From assembly GCF_009914755.1 (NCBI RefSeq), contig NC_060926.1: DNA of 64,000 nt; one strand, written 5' to 3'. This document shows, in pieces, positions 24,898-38,489 of this stretch (within the stretch, counting starts at the first letter, position 1; every line of letters begins with the position of its first letter). The translations under genes and the position numbers were made by a program. Source of the DNA: the human T2T-CHM13v2.0 reference genome, Homo sapiens. The notes under the pieces are model-generated. The model made no database searches. It saw nothing but the letters and a program-made list of their open reading frames with translations, and was not told the origin of the DNA.

Positions 24898-25939
24898 CCG
24901 TGGAAATTTTAGGCCCCCTCCAGGGACATCAGATTCCACAAGAAAATATGGTCAAAATGGGACTTTTCCAGCATGTGGCCTCTGGTGGGGCTGGGTTGGA
25001 CAAGGGCCTTGAAACGGCTGCCTGTTTGCCGATAACTTGTGGGTGGTCAGCCAGAAATGGCCCGGGGGCCTCTGCACCTGGTCTGCAGGGCCAGAGGCCA
25101 GGAGGGTGCCTCAGTGCCACCAACTGCACAGGCTTAGCCAGATGTTGATTTTAGAGGAAGAAAAAAACATTTTAAAACTCCTTCTTGAATTTTCTTCCCT
25201 GGACTGGAATACAGTTGGAAGCACAGGGGTAACTGGTACCTGAGCTAGCTGCACAGCCAAGGATAGTTCATGCCTGTTTCATTGACACGTGCTGGGATAG
25301 GGGCTGCAGAATCCCTGGGGCTCCCAGGGTTGTTAAGAATGGATCATTCTTCCAGCTAAGGGTCCAATCAGTGCCTAGGACTTTCTTCCACCAGCTCAAA
25401 GGGCCTTCGTATGTATGTCCCTGGCTTCAGCTTTGGTCATGCCAAAGAGGCAGAGTTCAGGATTCCCTCAGAATGCCCTGCACACAGTAGGTTTCCAAAC
25501 CATTTGACTCGGTTTGCCTCCCTGCCCGTTGTTTAAACCTTACAAACCCTGGATAACCCCATCTTCTAGCAGCTGGCTGTGCCCTCTGGGAGCTCTGCCT
25601 ATCAGAACCCTACCTTAAGGTGGGTTTCCTTCCGAGAAGAGTTCTTGAGCAAGCTCTCCCAGGAGGGCCCACCTGACTGCTAATACACAGCCCTCCCCAA
25701 GGCCCGTGTGTGCATGTGTCTGTCTTTTGTGAGGGTTAGACAGCCTCAGGGCACCATTTTTAATCCCAGAACACATTTCAAAGAGCACGTATCTAGACCT
25801 GCTGGACTCTGCAGGGGGTGAGGGGGAACAGCGAGAGCTTGGGTAATGATTAACACCCATGCTGGGGATGCATGGAGGTGAAGGGGGCCAGGAACCAGTG
25901 GAGATTTCCATCCTTGCCAGCACGTCTGTACTTCTGTTC

Positions 25940-25945
25940 ATTAAA
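25940..25945 (+). terminator. TMEM37: Probable TMEM37 poly(A) signal (ATTAAA), 3' UTR ~1.05 kb
   Basis: ATTAAA preceded by TGTA and followed by T-rich sequence; I saw no AATAAA earlier in the UTR. Confidence 0.7.
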
Positions 25946-27322
25946 GTGCTCCCTTTCTAGTCCTTTTTCTGCCCAGAAGTAGGTGATGTTATTGCCCTCA
26001 GCCCATTTCATTCTACACTGACTCCTTCCCATTCCCTCACCTGTTGAATTCTGGCTCCCAGCAATTGCATGGGTTTTTGGTCTCTGCCCCGGTCTTGTCA
26101 CTGCTGCAGGTTCCTTTCCTGGTCTGGGCTGAGTGCCTATACCTACGTCTATTGTGATGTTTTAAATTTTTTATTCCAGGATGCATGGAGTCATGAAGCT
26201 GTCTGCTTTGTAGGATATAAGGCCATGGGCTTTAAGGTTGAACCACCAAGGTGCCCAGAGTCCATGGAGATCATCCTGGAAAGGTTTCCATGAATTGCTC
26301 AGTTTTACAGAGTACAGAGCTCATCAACCACACTGGCGGCATCTTAGCCTGGGAAATGGGAACCTGGAGCAATCTACAAGTTGCAAAGGGGATGTGTAAC
26401 CCCCTGGTTTCTTCACGGGGAGGGGATGTATGGAGGTGGGGAGTCAGGGCCCAGAGAGGGATGCACTTGTCCAGGGTCACCCAAAGCTGGGAGTAGAGCT
26501 GACCCACCCACCAGCAGGATGCCTTTTCCTTGACACGGAGGGGAGTTTCTCTACTTCCCTCCAGAACGCTACCCCCTGAGCACTAGTAGGTTTGGTTTTG
26601 CAGAAGCGTTCAAAAATGGAGTCCTTTTTCATCCTCACATGGGGGCAGGGAGTGCAGATATTCAAAGGAACCAAGAACGAGAGTGGAGGGTGAGACTGAA
26701 GTCCCCAGGAGCTTAGAGGGGCAGCAGATGGCCCCTGTCCTTCCCTGCCTGGGAGCAGGGAGAGCACAGACACAGCCTTGGAGCATGGGCATTTGAAGTC
26801 AAAGGCCCTGGACTGAACTTCCGCCACCTCTTTGCTTAGTAGCTTGGGCAAGTCACAGGGCTTTGGTGGACCTGTCTTCTCTGAAATGGGATCATGCCCC
26901 ATTTCCTGCTGTGTCTGCCTCAGGCCGAGGACATCTGTGTGGAAGAGCAGGAAAAATAGGGGTGTCCCCCTCACACCCTGTTGGGGGTAGTAAAAGGGGG
27001 GATAGTAAAAGGGACTGGGGGCCCTGGGGCTTCCCTGGCCTCCGTGGTGACTTTATCATATTATTTTAGCTGTTGTCCTGAAGGTTTGGGTGAGAGCTGC
27101 TAACCAGGTGAGTTACAGTAGGAGACAGACAGCATCCGCCAAGGGCAAACATTTCATGTTGGCTGGGCCTTCTAATCTGGTCCCTGAGTAACTGAGCTGG
27201 GGGACCAGGGAGGAGCCCGCCTCCTGCGGGAAGGCATTGGGAGCAGGCAAGAGCGTACACCCTCACCTTGTGTCAAGGCAAAAGGATGGACAAATATAGA
27301 TTGAATCTCATCCCAGGCACCA

Positions 27323-27328
27323 TTTATT
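27323..27328 (-). terminator. SCTR: SCTR poly(A) signal AATAAA
   Basis: TTTATT on the plus strand ~250 nt past the SCTR stop codon. Confidence 0.8.
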
Positions 27329-27574
27329 TCCCTGTCCCTTTCTGGGACCCCTGAACTTCTCTTCCCAGAAGAGCAAACGAACCAAATCCCAGGCCCTTGT
27401 CCTGCCCCACAGTGCCTCACATCCCTTCGGAAGAGTCCAAGGCCTGGGGAGGGGCATCTTCAGCTGAAGGAGGACACAGGGTGTCTGCTGGGAAGACTGG
27501 CTGTCCCACAGCAGTGCCCAGCCTTCGCAGGACCTCTCTTGGTCTCTGTCCGTGGGTGACCCTGCTCCAGCCTC

Positions 27575-28194
<620 letters not shown>

Positions 28195-29015
28195 TTTTAA
28201 GTGATTTAAGATGGGTCCCCACTTATTCCCAGGAAGCCACCCAAGCTCAGAACTGATCTGGGAACTAGGGAGTTTCTCTTTGTAAATTTCCTTCACAATT
28301 CCCAGCTGCAGCAGCTGAACCTTTGAAGCTAGGCTTGATATTTGATTTTTGGGAAACATCAAAGATCACTCCCATTCAAGTGCAACAAACCAGATAGATG
28401 GTCAGTAGTCACAGAAAGCCTTAGCTCATGTTAACCACATAGCTCTGTATGCCCAGAGCCTGGGGTCCTGACCCAGATGCTCCATGTGAGGCTCGAGTCC
28501 TCAAAGTGAGTGTGCAGTCTCCCAAGGAGTCAGTGCTCATCTGGAGGTCCCTAAGGATTGAGCTGCAGACAGTTCTGAGTCACCCGTTTCACATATGGGC
28601 AGACTGAGGCCCAGAACAGGGCAGTGACTGAGATCGCCCATTAAGCAAGCAGCAGGGCAGTCAGGAACCTGGGTTCTGCCCAACTTTCCTCCTGCATTTG
28701 CTGAACAGATCAACATCGGCACCAGGAATGCTTGTTAAAAAACACTTTCTCAGACCCCAGTCCAGACCTACAGAATTTATTTCTGTGGAATGAGAAACTA
28801 GGAACAGGGTCCAGCCATGGTTTGAACAAGCCTTGCTCCCATTAAGCAAATTCAGACTCCTAAAAGAACTGGCCAAGCCACCTGCCACCAGACCCAGGAC
28901 TCCCTCTGACCCTTTCCATCCCCCTTCCTACCACCCCTCCCAGGTAGCTCCTTCTGACCCGGAAACCAATGGCTAGGAGCTCTCCTGGGTACCTGGGTGA
29001 CCCAAGACTACTCAC

Positions 29016-29057
29016 CTCCCCATTGAGGAAGCAGTAGAGGACGGCCACCACCAGTCC
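29016..29057 (-). CDS. SCTR: SCTR exon 12 (TM7: GLVVAVLYCFLNGE)
   Basis: 42 nt, CAG|...|GTGAG, phase 0-0; class B GPCR TM7 motif YCFLNGE. Confidence 0.97.
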
Positions 29058-30899
29058 CTGCCAGAAGAAGAGAGGTAGCAGGGTTAGCACAGGTGCTCAG
29101 CATGCGGCCTGAACCAGCTGGCCAGCTGCACCCTCCCCAGGTCTCTTAATCACCAGCTACAGGCTCATTTCCCCACCTCTCTTGCCTCACTGGGAATTAG
29201 GCTACCTCTTGTGGGCTGCCCACGGTGGCCCTGGCTGTGCTGGCTCATCCAGCATAAACTGTGAACTCCTTGCAGCCAAGGGTAGGCTCCCTTTTGAACA
29301 CATATGGTGTCAGGGGGGCTGCTAACCCAGCCAGCCGGGATCAGGAAGCTCACCTGGGAGCCACAGGGATGGGTGGCACCTGAAGTCCGCCCACTCTGCC
29401 AGGAGGAGTGCAGGCTGCCCAGGGTGAGACCCTGGGCCCTGTGTGGTCTTATTTCAAGATAAACTGGAAATCTGAATATGTTTAAATGTAGATAACTAAT
29501 TCAAATTGAAAAACAAATGTGTAGGCAGAACAAACTATGTACAGGTCCCGGCCAGCCAGTGGTGAGCAGGGTTGGAGCTCCCTGCTTAATGGACAGGTGG
29601 GTGCACCTCCGTGCTCAGAGTTTTATGTTCCCTGGTGTGGCAAGGTCTGTGCCTGTAAGACCCTCCCTCCCTGGTATTTGGAGCTCCTGATTTCCTGATG
29701 GTGCCCCCAGGATCCTGGTGTGGAGCTCTGTCAGGGGAGGGACTCCAGGCTGGGGCGCCTGCTTGGAGCCTAAGAGGCCTCCAGATCAGCAGGAAGCAGT
29801 GTCTCTGCGGCGCATTCACCCTGCTCCTCTCCTTTCTCAGGGACCCACCTCAGGCCACCCTTCTCTCCCTTACGGGCCTGCCCTCCCCACACAGAGGCCT
29901 GACCTCAGATGGCCCAACTCCTCCTCCCTAGTCCCACCCAGGCCTGCCTGTAGCTACTTATGATATTGGAAAGGAACCTCGAAGGGTGATGAATCAGCTC
30001 ATCGATGGTGGGCTTAATATGTACAACTTCTCAGGGATATTGGCATTTTAAAAAGAGTTAGTGGCGAAGCTGGAAGGGTTTGCTTTAGAATTTCAGGTAT
30101 CAATGACTGCTACATAGACTGGGGACTATTTGAGGGGCAGAAACACTCAGGGCATCGGTTTCCAAGTATTGCTGCACATTAGAATCACCTGGGACCTTTT
30201 ATCCAGGTTGCACTCCCCAGATCCCAGTAGCTGGGGGCATCAGCAGCTTTTAAAGATCCCCACACAGTTCCAAAAAACGGGCATCATGGTCCGGGAACTA
30301 CTGTCAGAGAGGGAGTAAAAGGCACTTCAAGGCAGGCTTTGAAATGAAACAGACTTGGATCGGAGCACAGCTAGGCCTGAGTAATTGTAGGTCCCAGGTG
30401 CTTCATTTAACCTCGCCAAAGCTCTCGGAGGCAGGTGGGAGGATCTTCACCTCACAAGCGAGGGAACTGAGGCACGGAGGGGTTTAGGCATGCCTGGAGC
30501 TCTGTGTGCTTGGCCCAGAGCCACGAGCAGGCCAAGGATGCTGCCCGTTGCATGGGCTAGGGTTGCCTGGCCTCCGCTGCGCTAGGGTCCAGGGACACAT
30601 TTTCACTGTTCAGGGGAGGGAGTTAGCTGTGCTCCAGTGTATATAGGGCAGGCCTCACACAAGCCAGCAAGTTTACTAATTTCCACCGTGATTCTGCGAT
30701 CATTAAGGATGAAGACTTTGAAGAATTTTAATGACATGAAGAAATGCTCATGATGGGCATGATAGAGAATTAAACAAAACAAGCAAGATACAAAACCATA
30801 CACATCATGATCCCAATTATGTGTGTGTATCTTTGTGGAAAGAAAAGAGACGGAAGTAAACACACCAACACTTTAACAGAAGTTATTTCTGGGTTATGA

Positions 30900-31305
<406 letters not shown>

Positions 31306-31574
31306 TAAATACATTTTTAAAGAGTATATGACAGTGATGGTGTTATTACAGTTGTATGTGTTCTTCTTTAAGCCCCGTCTTTTAGAAATGCACACTAAAC
31401 TCTTTGAAGATGAAATAACATGATGTTTTGAATTTACTTAAAAAGATGGGGGTAGTAGGTAGGGATGGAGATGAAACAAACAGGCCATGAGTGGATACCG
31501 CTGAGGCTGGGGATAGGTAATGGGGTTCATTGTCCTATTCTCTTCACTTTTGTATATGAAAAACATTTTCTCAT

Positions 31575-32518
31575 GTGTGTGTATATATAAGAATATATAT
31601 ACATATTCTTATATATATATACACATATGTATATATACATATGAATATATACACATATGTATATATACATATGAATATATACACATATACATATGAATAT
31701 ATACACATATACATATGAATATATACATATATACATATGAATATATACACATATATACGTATGAATATATACACATATATACGTATGAATATATATACAC
31801 ATATATACGTATGAATATATATACACATATATACGTATGAATATATATACACATATACGTATGAATATATATACCCATATACGTATGAATATACACATAT
31901 ATATACGTACGTATATATATACACATATATACGTACGTATATATATACACATATATACGTACGTATATATATACACATATATACGTACGAATATATATAC
32001 ACATATATACGTACGAATATATATACACATATATACGTACGAATATATATACACATATATACGTACGAATATATATACACATATATACGTACGAATATAT
32101 ATACACATATATACGTACGAATATATATACACATATATACGTACGAATATATATACACATATATACGTACGAATATATATACACATATATACGTACGAAT
32201 ATATATACACATATATACGTACGAATATATATACACATATATACGTACGAATATATATACACATATATTCGTACGAATATATATACACATATATTCGTAC
32301 GAATATATATACACATATATTCGTACGAATATATATACACATATATTCGTACGAATATATATACATATATTCGTACGAATATACACATATATTCGTACGA
32401 ATATATATACATATATTCGTACGAATATATATACATATATTCGTACGAATATATATACATATATTCGTACGAATATATATACATATATTCGTACGAATAT
32501 ATATACATATATATGTAT
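31575..32518. repeat. AT-rich minisatellite/VNTR, 22-26-bp units (e.g. GAATATATATACACATATATACGTAC), SCTR intron 11
   Basis: ~940 bp of tandem units with an exact 26-bp period between ~31980 and 32345; cores TACGTACGTA x3, TACGTACGAA x11, TTCGTACGAA x10. Confidence 0.97.
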
Positions 32519-32802
32519 AAAACTTTAAAAGATCCTTTTTCTTCATCAACATTCGTATGAGAACATCAGGAAAGTGCTTTTGATTTTCTCTTGGCAAGAC
32601 ATTTTCCTAGAGAAGTAGTCCACAGTCCCAACCATTAGCCCCAACTCTGAGGGACAGGAAGTCCCCATCCATGGCCAGGCAGACCCGGGTCCAAGCTCTC
32701 AGCATGGTCCCTTTTCTGAGCCAGGTCAAGTCCTTCCACCCGACTGGTCCTCAAATCCTCTACCTGCTAGATGGGCCATTGTGTGCCCAGCCTCCCTGGA
32801 CG

Positions 32803-33005
32803 TTACAAGAGCAGTGGTGAGGAAAGCTAGCTCCCTGGCCCCCAGGCCGAGAGGAAAAGAATCCTGGATTAAGCCAGAGGCTGAGTTCTCTGGAGGTCTG
32901 GGGCACTGACGGGTTACTGGGTAGAGGGCCAGCTTAGGGGAGGGTGTGGTCTGAAGGTATGGGTAGGGCAAGACCTGACTCCACTCAGTGATGTGTCCCC
33001 AGTGA
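32803..33005 (+). repeat. Direct repeat copy B (~203 bp) in SCTR intron 11
   Basis: TTACAAGAGCAGTGGTG...CCACTCAGTGAT(G/T)GTCCCCAGTGA shared with 27990-28194. Confidence 0.95.
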
Positions 33006-34264
33006 GGCATCCTCCCTAGAACCTGTAAGTAACAGGAAGACCCTACCCTGAACAGAGCTCTAGGGATGAGGGGAGGGTTTGAACCCCTGCTCGCAGGCCG
33101 AGGCCACCCCAGTGAAAGCTTGGCTGGACAATATCGCCCTACCGTGGAAATGTCGTTAAGGACTAAGTCCTTTAAAAAAAACTACTGGGAGAATTTTGTC
33201 TCAGGCCTAGAGCCTATAATCACTGGCTTCTCCCGGCCGTTAGTTTGATTTTGTCTTATGGATATGCGAAATTTTGAAACAATTGTTTTGTCTTTGCTTT
33301 GGCTACTGGGAAGCTCCCTATCATACTTATGACCCATCTCTCCCTCCTGTATAGAACTTTATCGTATTTGTTTCTGTGTAGCAACCCAACCAGTTGTACA
33401 TTCTTTTTTTCACTGATCCTTCATCGACTTATTTTTTGTCCTTTGTATGTTTTTCCCAAAAGCGACATTGCATTATTTTTGGAAGGAAATAGCTATGAGT
33501 AAATAAACAAACGGCATTGTGAAGTTTGGGATTCACGTTCAGGCTCCCTCTGCCCAAACACGTTTACTGTTGTTGTTTTTAAGTTCACAGCATCTTGTGG
33601 AATTAGTAGGTAAGCGCTTTTCCACCTCACTTTATTTTTTAAAGTCAGTTTTTAGTTTTAATAATTTGCATATGCACATGGTTTCAGAGAATCAAAGGAT
33701 TCCTGTTACAGAACCAGCAGCCTCCTGACACCCCACCCTCACTTCCTTTTCCTCACATGCGACTGCTCCTTGAAACTCTCTTAACTGCTTCTAAAAAATA
33801 TGCTGGTGTCGCCACTTGAGGAGTTTTCAGTCTAGGGCATTTTCTATGGACTTCCCAGTGTGAAGATGAGGACAGTGTTCTCTTCCAAACACCCGCCCCA
33901 CGCTCCCGCGAGGCTCATCTTCCCGCCCCAGTGTTTGATGACTTGGCCATCCGCGCTTACGTTATTTTGACCATGTATATGTTATTGAGAGTTGTACAAT
34001 ATAGTGTACTGGGGCTACTTTTCCTTTTTATTTTCCCTGAAGTCAGTCTCTCTGTCTCTCTTAGTTTTATCTCCCACCCCCATTTGACTGGTGGGGACCA
34101 GGGATCCCACTCAGGGACCTGTAGCACTGTCAGGTCCGACCCCTTCTTCCCCTGGGTCTCTGCCAGATAAGGCATCTGGCTCGCAGTCTCTATGCCCTCC
34201 ACTTCTCCCTAAGGACACAGAGAACTCCTCTTTTCAGCTGGCAGCCCCAGTCCTGGAAACTTAC

Positions 34265-34391
34265 CTGGAATGAGCCAAGGGCTAGTTCAAAAAACAGCTG
34301 GATCTCCATAGCGTCCTCTGGGGAGAAGGCGAAGACGATGTAGTGGATGCCAAAGAGGGGGATCAGCAGGAGAGTGGACCTGGCCAGGCGC
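34265..34391 (-). CDS. SCTR: SCTR exon 11 (TM6-ECL3: [14 protein letters not shown]...LGSFQ)
   Basis: 127 nt, phase 2-0, AG/GT boundaries; class [10 protein letters not shown] (PxxG) motif. Confidence 0.97.
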
Positions 34392-34799
34392 CTGGGGACA
34401 CAGAAAGCCTGTAGCCTCCACTCTGCCTCCCTGCGCCCTTTCTCCTCCTGTAGGCACACAGCTGTGCCACTCCCCAGCTCGGGACTGACTGCTGAGGCTG
34501 GCTAGCAGTACCCCAAACTTTTTTGTTTTCATTTTTTATTTTGAAAGTTTCTAACTCCCTCATATCCATCACTCAGATACAACAATTTTTGACTCATGGC
34601 AAAGCCCCAAACTTTCTGATCATGCACCTCCATCAGTAAAAAGAAAAAAAAACGGTACCTACACCATTAACTTTATTTATAAATTACGTGCCTATATCAC
34701 TGCTGCTCTATGTCTAACATCATACAAGCAAAGCCGGCTTTCTCATTTGCTAGATAATAAATATCTGTAGGGACAAATTCTTGTATTTTCTTCCCAGAT

Positions 34800-34963
34800 T
34801 AGGGTTGCCAAACTTAGCAAATAAAAATACAGAATCCCCAGTTAAATCTGAATTTCAGATAAACAATGGACACCATGTGGGGGTATAAATATTGAAAAAC
34901 GATTTGTTGTTTATCCAAAATTCAAATGTAACTGGGCATCCTGTATTTTACCTGGCAACTTTA
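34800..34963. mobile_element. MER53-like palindromic hAT MITE
   Basis: TAGGGTTGCCA...AAATAAAAATACAG...CCAGTTAAATCTGAATTTCAGATAAACAA mirrored by TTGTTTATCCAAAATTCAAATGTAACTGG...CTGTATTTT...TGGCAAC. Confidence 0.8.
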
Positions 34964-35000
34964 TCCCAGGTCCCCAGGAATCTGACACCAAGTAATCTGA

Positions 35001-35390
<390 letters not shown>

Positions 35391-35399
35391 TAATATAAT

Positions 35400-35778
35400 T
35401 TATGGGCTGAATTATGTCCACACCCACTGCCAAATTTTTACACTGAAGTCCTAGCCCCCAGTATCTCAGAATGTGACTGCATTTGGAGAAAGGTCTTGAA
35501 AGAGGAGGCTAAGTTACAACAAGGATGGAGTGGGGCCTAATCAAATCAACTGGTGTCCTTAGAAGAGGAAATATGGACACACAGAGGGACACCAGGGATG
35601 CCCACACACAGAGCAAAGACCCTGTGAGGACACAGCAAGAAATGCTTCAGAAGAAACCAAACCTGTCGACACCTTGATCTTGGACTTTCAGCCTCCAGAA
35701 CTCTGAGAAAATACATATCAGCTGTTTAAGCCACCTAGTCTGTGATATTTTGTTATGGAAGCCCTAGAAAACGAACGT
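35400..35778 (+). mobile_element. MLT1A-like MaLR solo LTR
   Basis: TATGGGCTGAATT...CTCAGAATGTGACTGCATTTGGAGA...CTTGGACTTTCAGCCTCCAGAAC...TTTAAGCCACCTAGTCTGTG. Confidence 0.8.
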
Positions 35779-36194
35779 ATTTCTCTTTAACATTTGAAAG
35801 GTCTTAAGTGTTTTTGGATCACGCACTTCCCTAAAATCTGATGAAACCGAAGGTCATCCTCCTCTGAAAATACACATACTGTACCTACACACATTTGTGT
35901 GAATTTCAGTCTTTGAAGCCCATGTGGAGACTCCCTAGCCTTGCCCCAAGGATAAGATCTCTCTGCCGTCAGGCTTCCTGCCTGAGATTTCTTAGTGTTT
36001 CCACCCCCATACAGTGTCTGAGGCTCTAAAATCAGACCATTCCCCGCAACCGCCCCCATGTACCTGGTAAACTTCTTACGACTAGGTCTACAACGTTTCC
36101 TCCGTCTCCAATAGCTAGCACCAGTTAAGTAAACAGTAGGTGCTCAGTAAATGCTTGCTGACTGACCATGCCTCAGTCTTTGCCCTTCACTTAC

Positions 36195-36286
36195 TTATAA
36201 TGGCTGACTTCATTTCCTCTTGTTTCTTGGGTTCTAAGTTTTCTCATCAGGATTCTTAGAATGTTTATGAAAAGGATGAAATTAAT
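36195..36286 (-). CDS. SCTR: SCTR exon 10 (TM5-ICL3: [18 protein letters not shown]...SHY[K])
   Basis: 92 nt, phase 0-2, TTTTGCAG acceptor and GTAAGT donor. Confidence 0.97.
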
Positions 36287-37442
36287 CTGCAAAACACAAG
36301 GCAGAGGTGGGGCTGAAGGCATCTTGCTTTTCCAGCCACCTCTCCTGGCCCTGTCCCCTGGACCTGAGGGCAGAGAAGACATTGCAGACACCACAGCCAG
36401 GATGGCCCACCAGTGCTGCCGCTCCTCTCCATCCCCTCCCCACCCCCAGTCCTGGTGAAACACTGTCTAGAGTCCATGGCTGGAGGCAGCACTCCCTCCT
36501 GCCCCTGGGCTGCAGAAGCTCTAAGGTCTGCTTAGTTGCAAGGCAGATCACTCACCCGTGCAGAGCATTGGAAGCCCCCGGGGATATTGTTAAAATGCAG
36601 GTTTGGGGTGGACCTGAGATTCTGCATTTCTAACAAGCTCCCAGGTAATACAATGCCAAAGCTGAAAGCCTTTACAGCAGTGGTTCTCAAAGTTTAGGGT
36701 ACCCATTGCTGGGCTCTAACCCCACAGGTTATGGTTCAGTAAGTCTGGCGTGGGGCCCAAGAATTATTTTTAACAAGCTCCCAGGTGATGCTGAAGCTGC
36801 TGGTGTGAGGACCAGTTTGCAGCTCAATCGCCAGCTTCAAGAAGCCACCCTTGATTACTTCCCTTTCCTGATTCACCGTATTTAGGGATAATATTGCTGT
36901 GTAAGAGCACTTAAAATATCTTTTTTTTTCTTGCGAACTATGATTGGAAGAGAAAATATCTTAAAAGGTCAAATGCATGTGTCTGTCAAACATGTATGTG
37001 CCTAGTTATCTGCCAATTCAATTGTAACTTCCTGAAGGACAGGAACGCAGTCTTTTTATTCATTTTGGTGTCCCCTCCCCCAACCCCAGTGCCCAGTGCC
37101 AACAACATTAGGAAGTTGCCCACATGGTAGCATCTCTCCCTCCCTCACACACCTGCTCCAGCCATTTTATAGAAGCAGGGATCAGTGGAATCACCCAGCC
37201 TCACACCCGCATTGTTCACACAAGCAGCCTGGGGCCTGGGAATGCTTGCCAAAAGACACAGGATTAGTGGCTGTCTAGGACTCCTGGCCCAGCACTGCTT
37301 TTCGGGGAACCCTGCTTCTCTGCAACTTGCTTATGCATCTTGTTGTAAGCTGGCTATGCATGCTATCAACTCATTAAGGCTATTTAGTTTAATTTTGTTT
37401 GCCTTAGAGTTGTATTTAATTTAATAGGGAGCACTTGAAGAC

Positions 37443-37694
37443 AAAAAAAAGAAGGAAGGAAGGAAGGAGGGAGGGAGGGAGGGAAGGAAGGAAGGAAGGA
37501 AGAAAGAGGGAGGGAGGGAGGGAAGGAAGGCAGGAAGGAAGGAAGGAAGAAAGAAAAAAGAAAGAAAAAGAAAGAAAGAAAGAAAAATAAATAAATAAAT
37601 AAATAAATAAATGGAGGGAGGGAAGGAAGGAAAGGAAGGAAGGAAGGAAGCAAGGAAGCAAGCAAGCAAGCAGAAAACAAGGAAAGAAAGAAAG
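37443..37694. repeat. Compound purine-rich microsatellite (GGAA/GGGA/AAAG/AAAT/GCAA)
   Basis: ~250 bp of almost pure purine tetramer repeats on the plus strand. Confidence 0.95.
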
Positions 37695-38194
37695 TCTTTA
37701 AGTTCCCAAGAATGAGTCCATTTTTAAATAGTGGAATTCCAGGCCCCATGCTAGGTTGGTAGGGAGATATTTTGCATCAGGAGTGCTCATCCAACATCCT
37801 CAATTGCTGAATAAACCACAGCCCTCTGAAACCAGCCCTGGACACTGGAGCTGGCCGTCCTTCATCCAGGGTTGTCCTGGGCTGGGCTCTCCGAGTCCCA
37901 GAATAACAGCGGGCTTGCTTAACTAAATGAGGAAACAGCCTCCAGCATGATATTATGAAGCCATGGCAAATCAGTTTATCAAGGAATTCCACATGAAACA
38001 GGAAAGCTCACATCTATTGCTAAGTGAAAAACAAAAAACAAAAAAACAAAAAAAAAACCTAATTAAGGATTTTGAAAAAGAAAAGTATGTCTGCTCAAAG
38101 AAGAAGGAGGAAGGAAAACACATGGTCATAACATATATGTAGCTGGGAGAATGATGAATGATTTTTTTTTTCCTTTTTAAAAAATACATTTTGT

Positions 38195-38489
38195 GCCAGG
38201 CACAGTGGTTCACACCTGCAATTTCAGCATTTTGGGAGGCTGAGGCAGGCAGATCACTCGAGTCCAGGAATTCAAGACCAGCCTGGGCAACACAGTGAAA
38301 GCTCATCTCTACAAAAAATTAGCTAGGCGTGGTGGTGGGAGCCTTTAGTCCCAGCTACTCGGGAGGCTGATGTGAGAGGGTCACCTGAGCCCAGGAGGTG
38401 GAGGTTGCAGTGAGTCATGGGTTGCGCCACTGCGCTCCAGCCTGGGTGACAGAGTGAGACCCTGTCTCAAAAAGTAAAACCAAAACAAA
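38195..38489 (+). mobile_element. AluJ-like
   Basis: Dimeric Alu; ACATTTTGT on both flanks. Confidence 0.85.

Noticed and set aside
31900-32510. CRISPR-like array of regularly spaced palindromic repeats
   Set aside because: No unique spacers (the between-core sequence is also repeated), no cas genes, and the context is a primate intron.
31527-32597. Four long overlapping ORFs (227-356 aa, Y/I/C/V-rich)
   Set aside because: They are translations of the minisatellite, open in several frames only because the unit lacks stop codons.
37384-37749. F/L/P/S-rich membrane-like ORFs
   Set aside because: Translations of the purine microsatellite's complementary strand.
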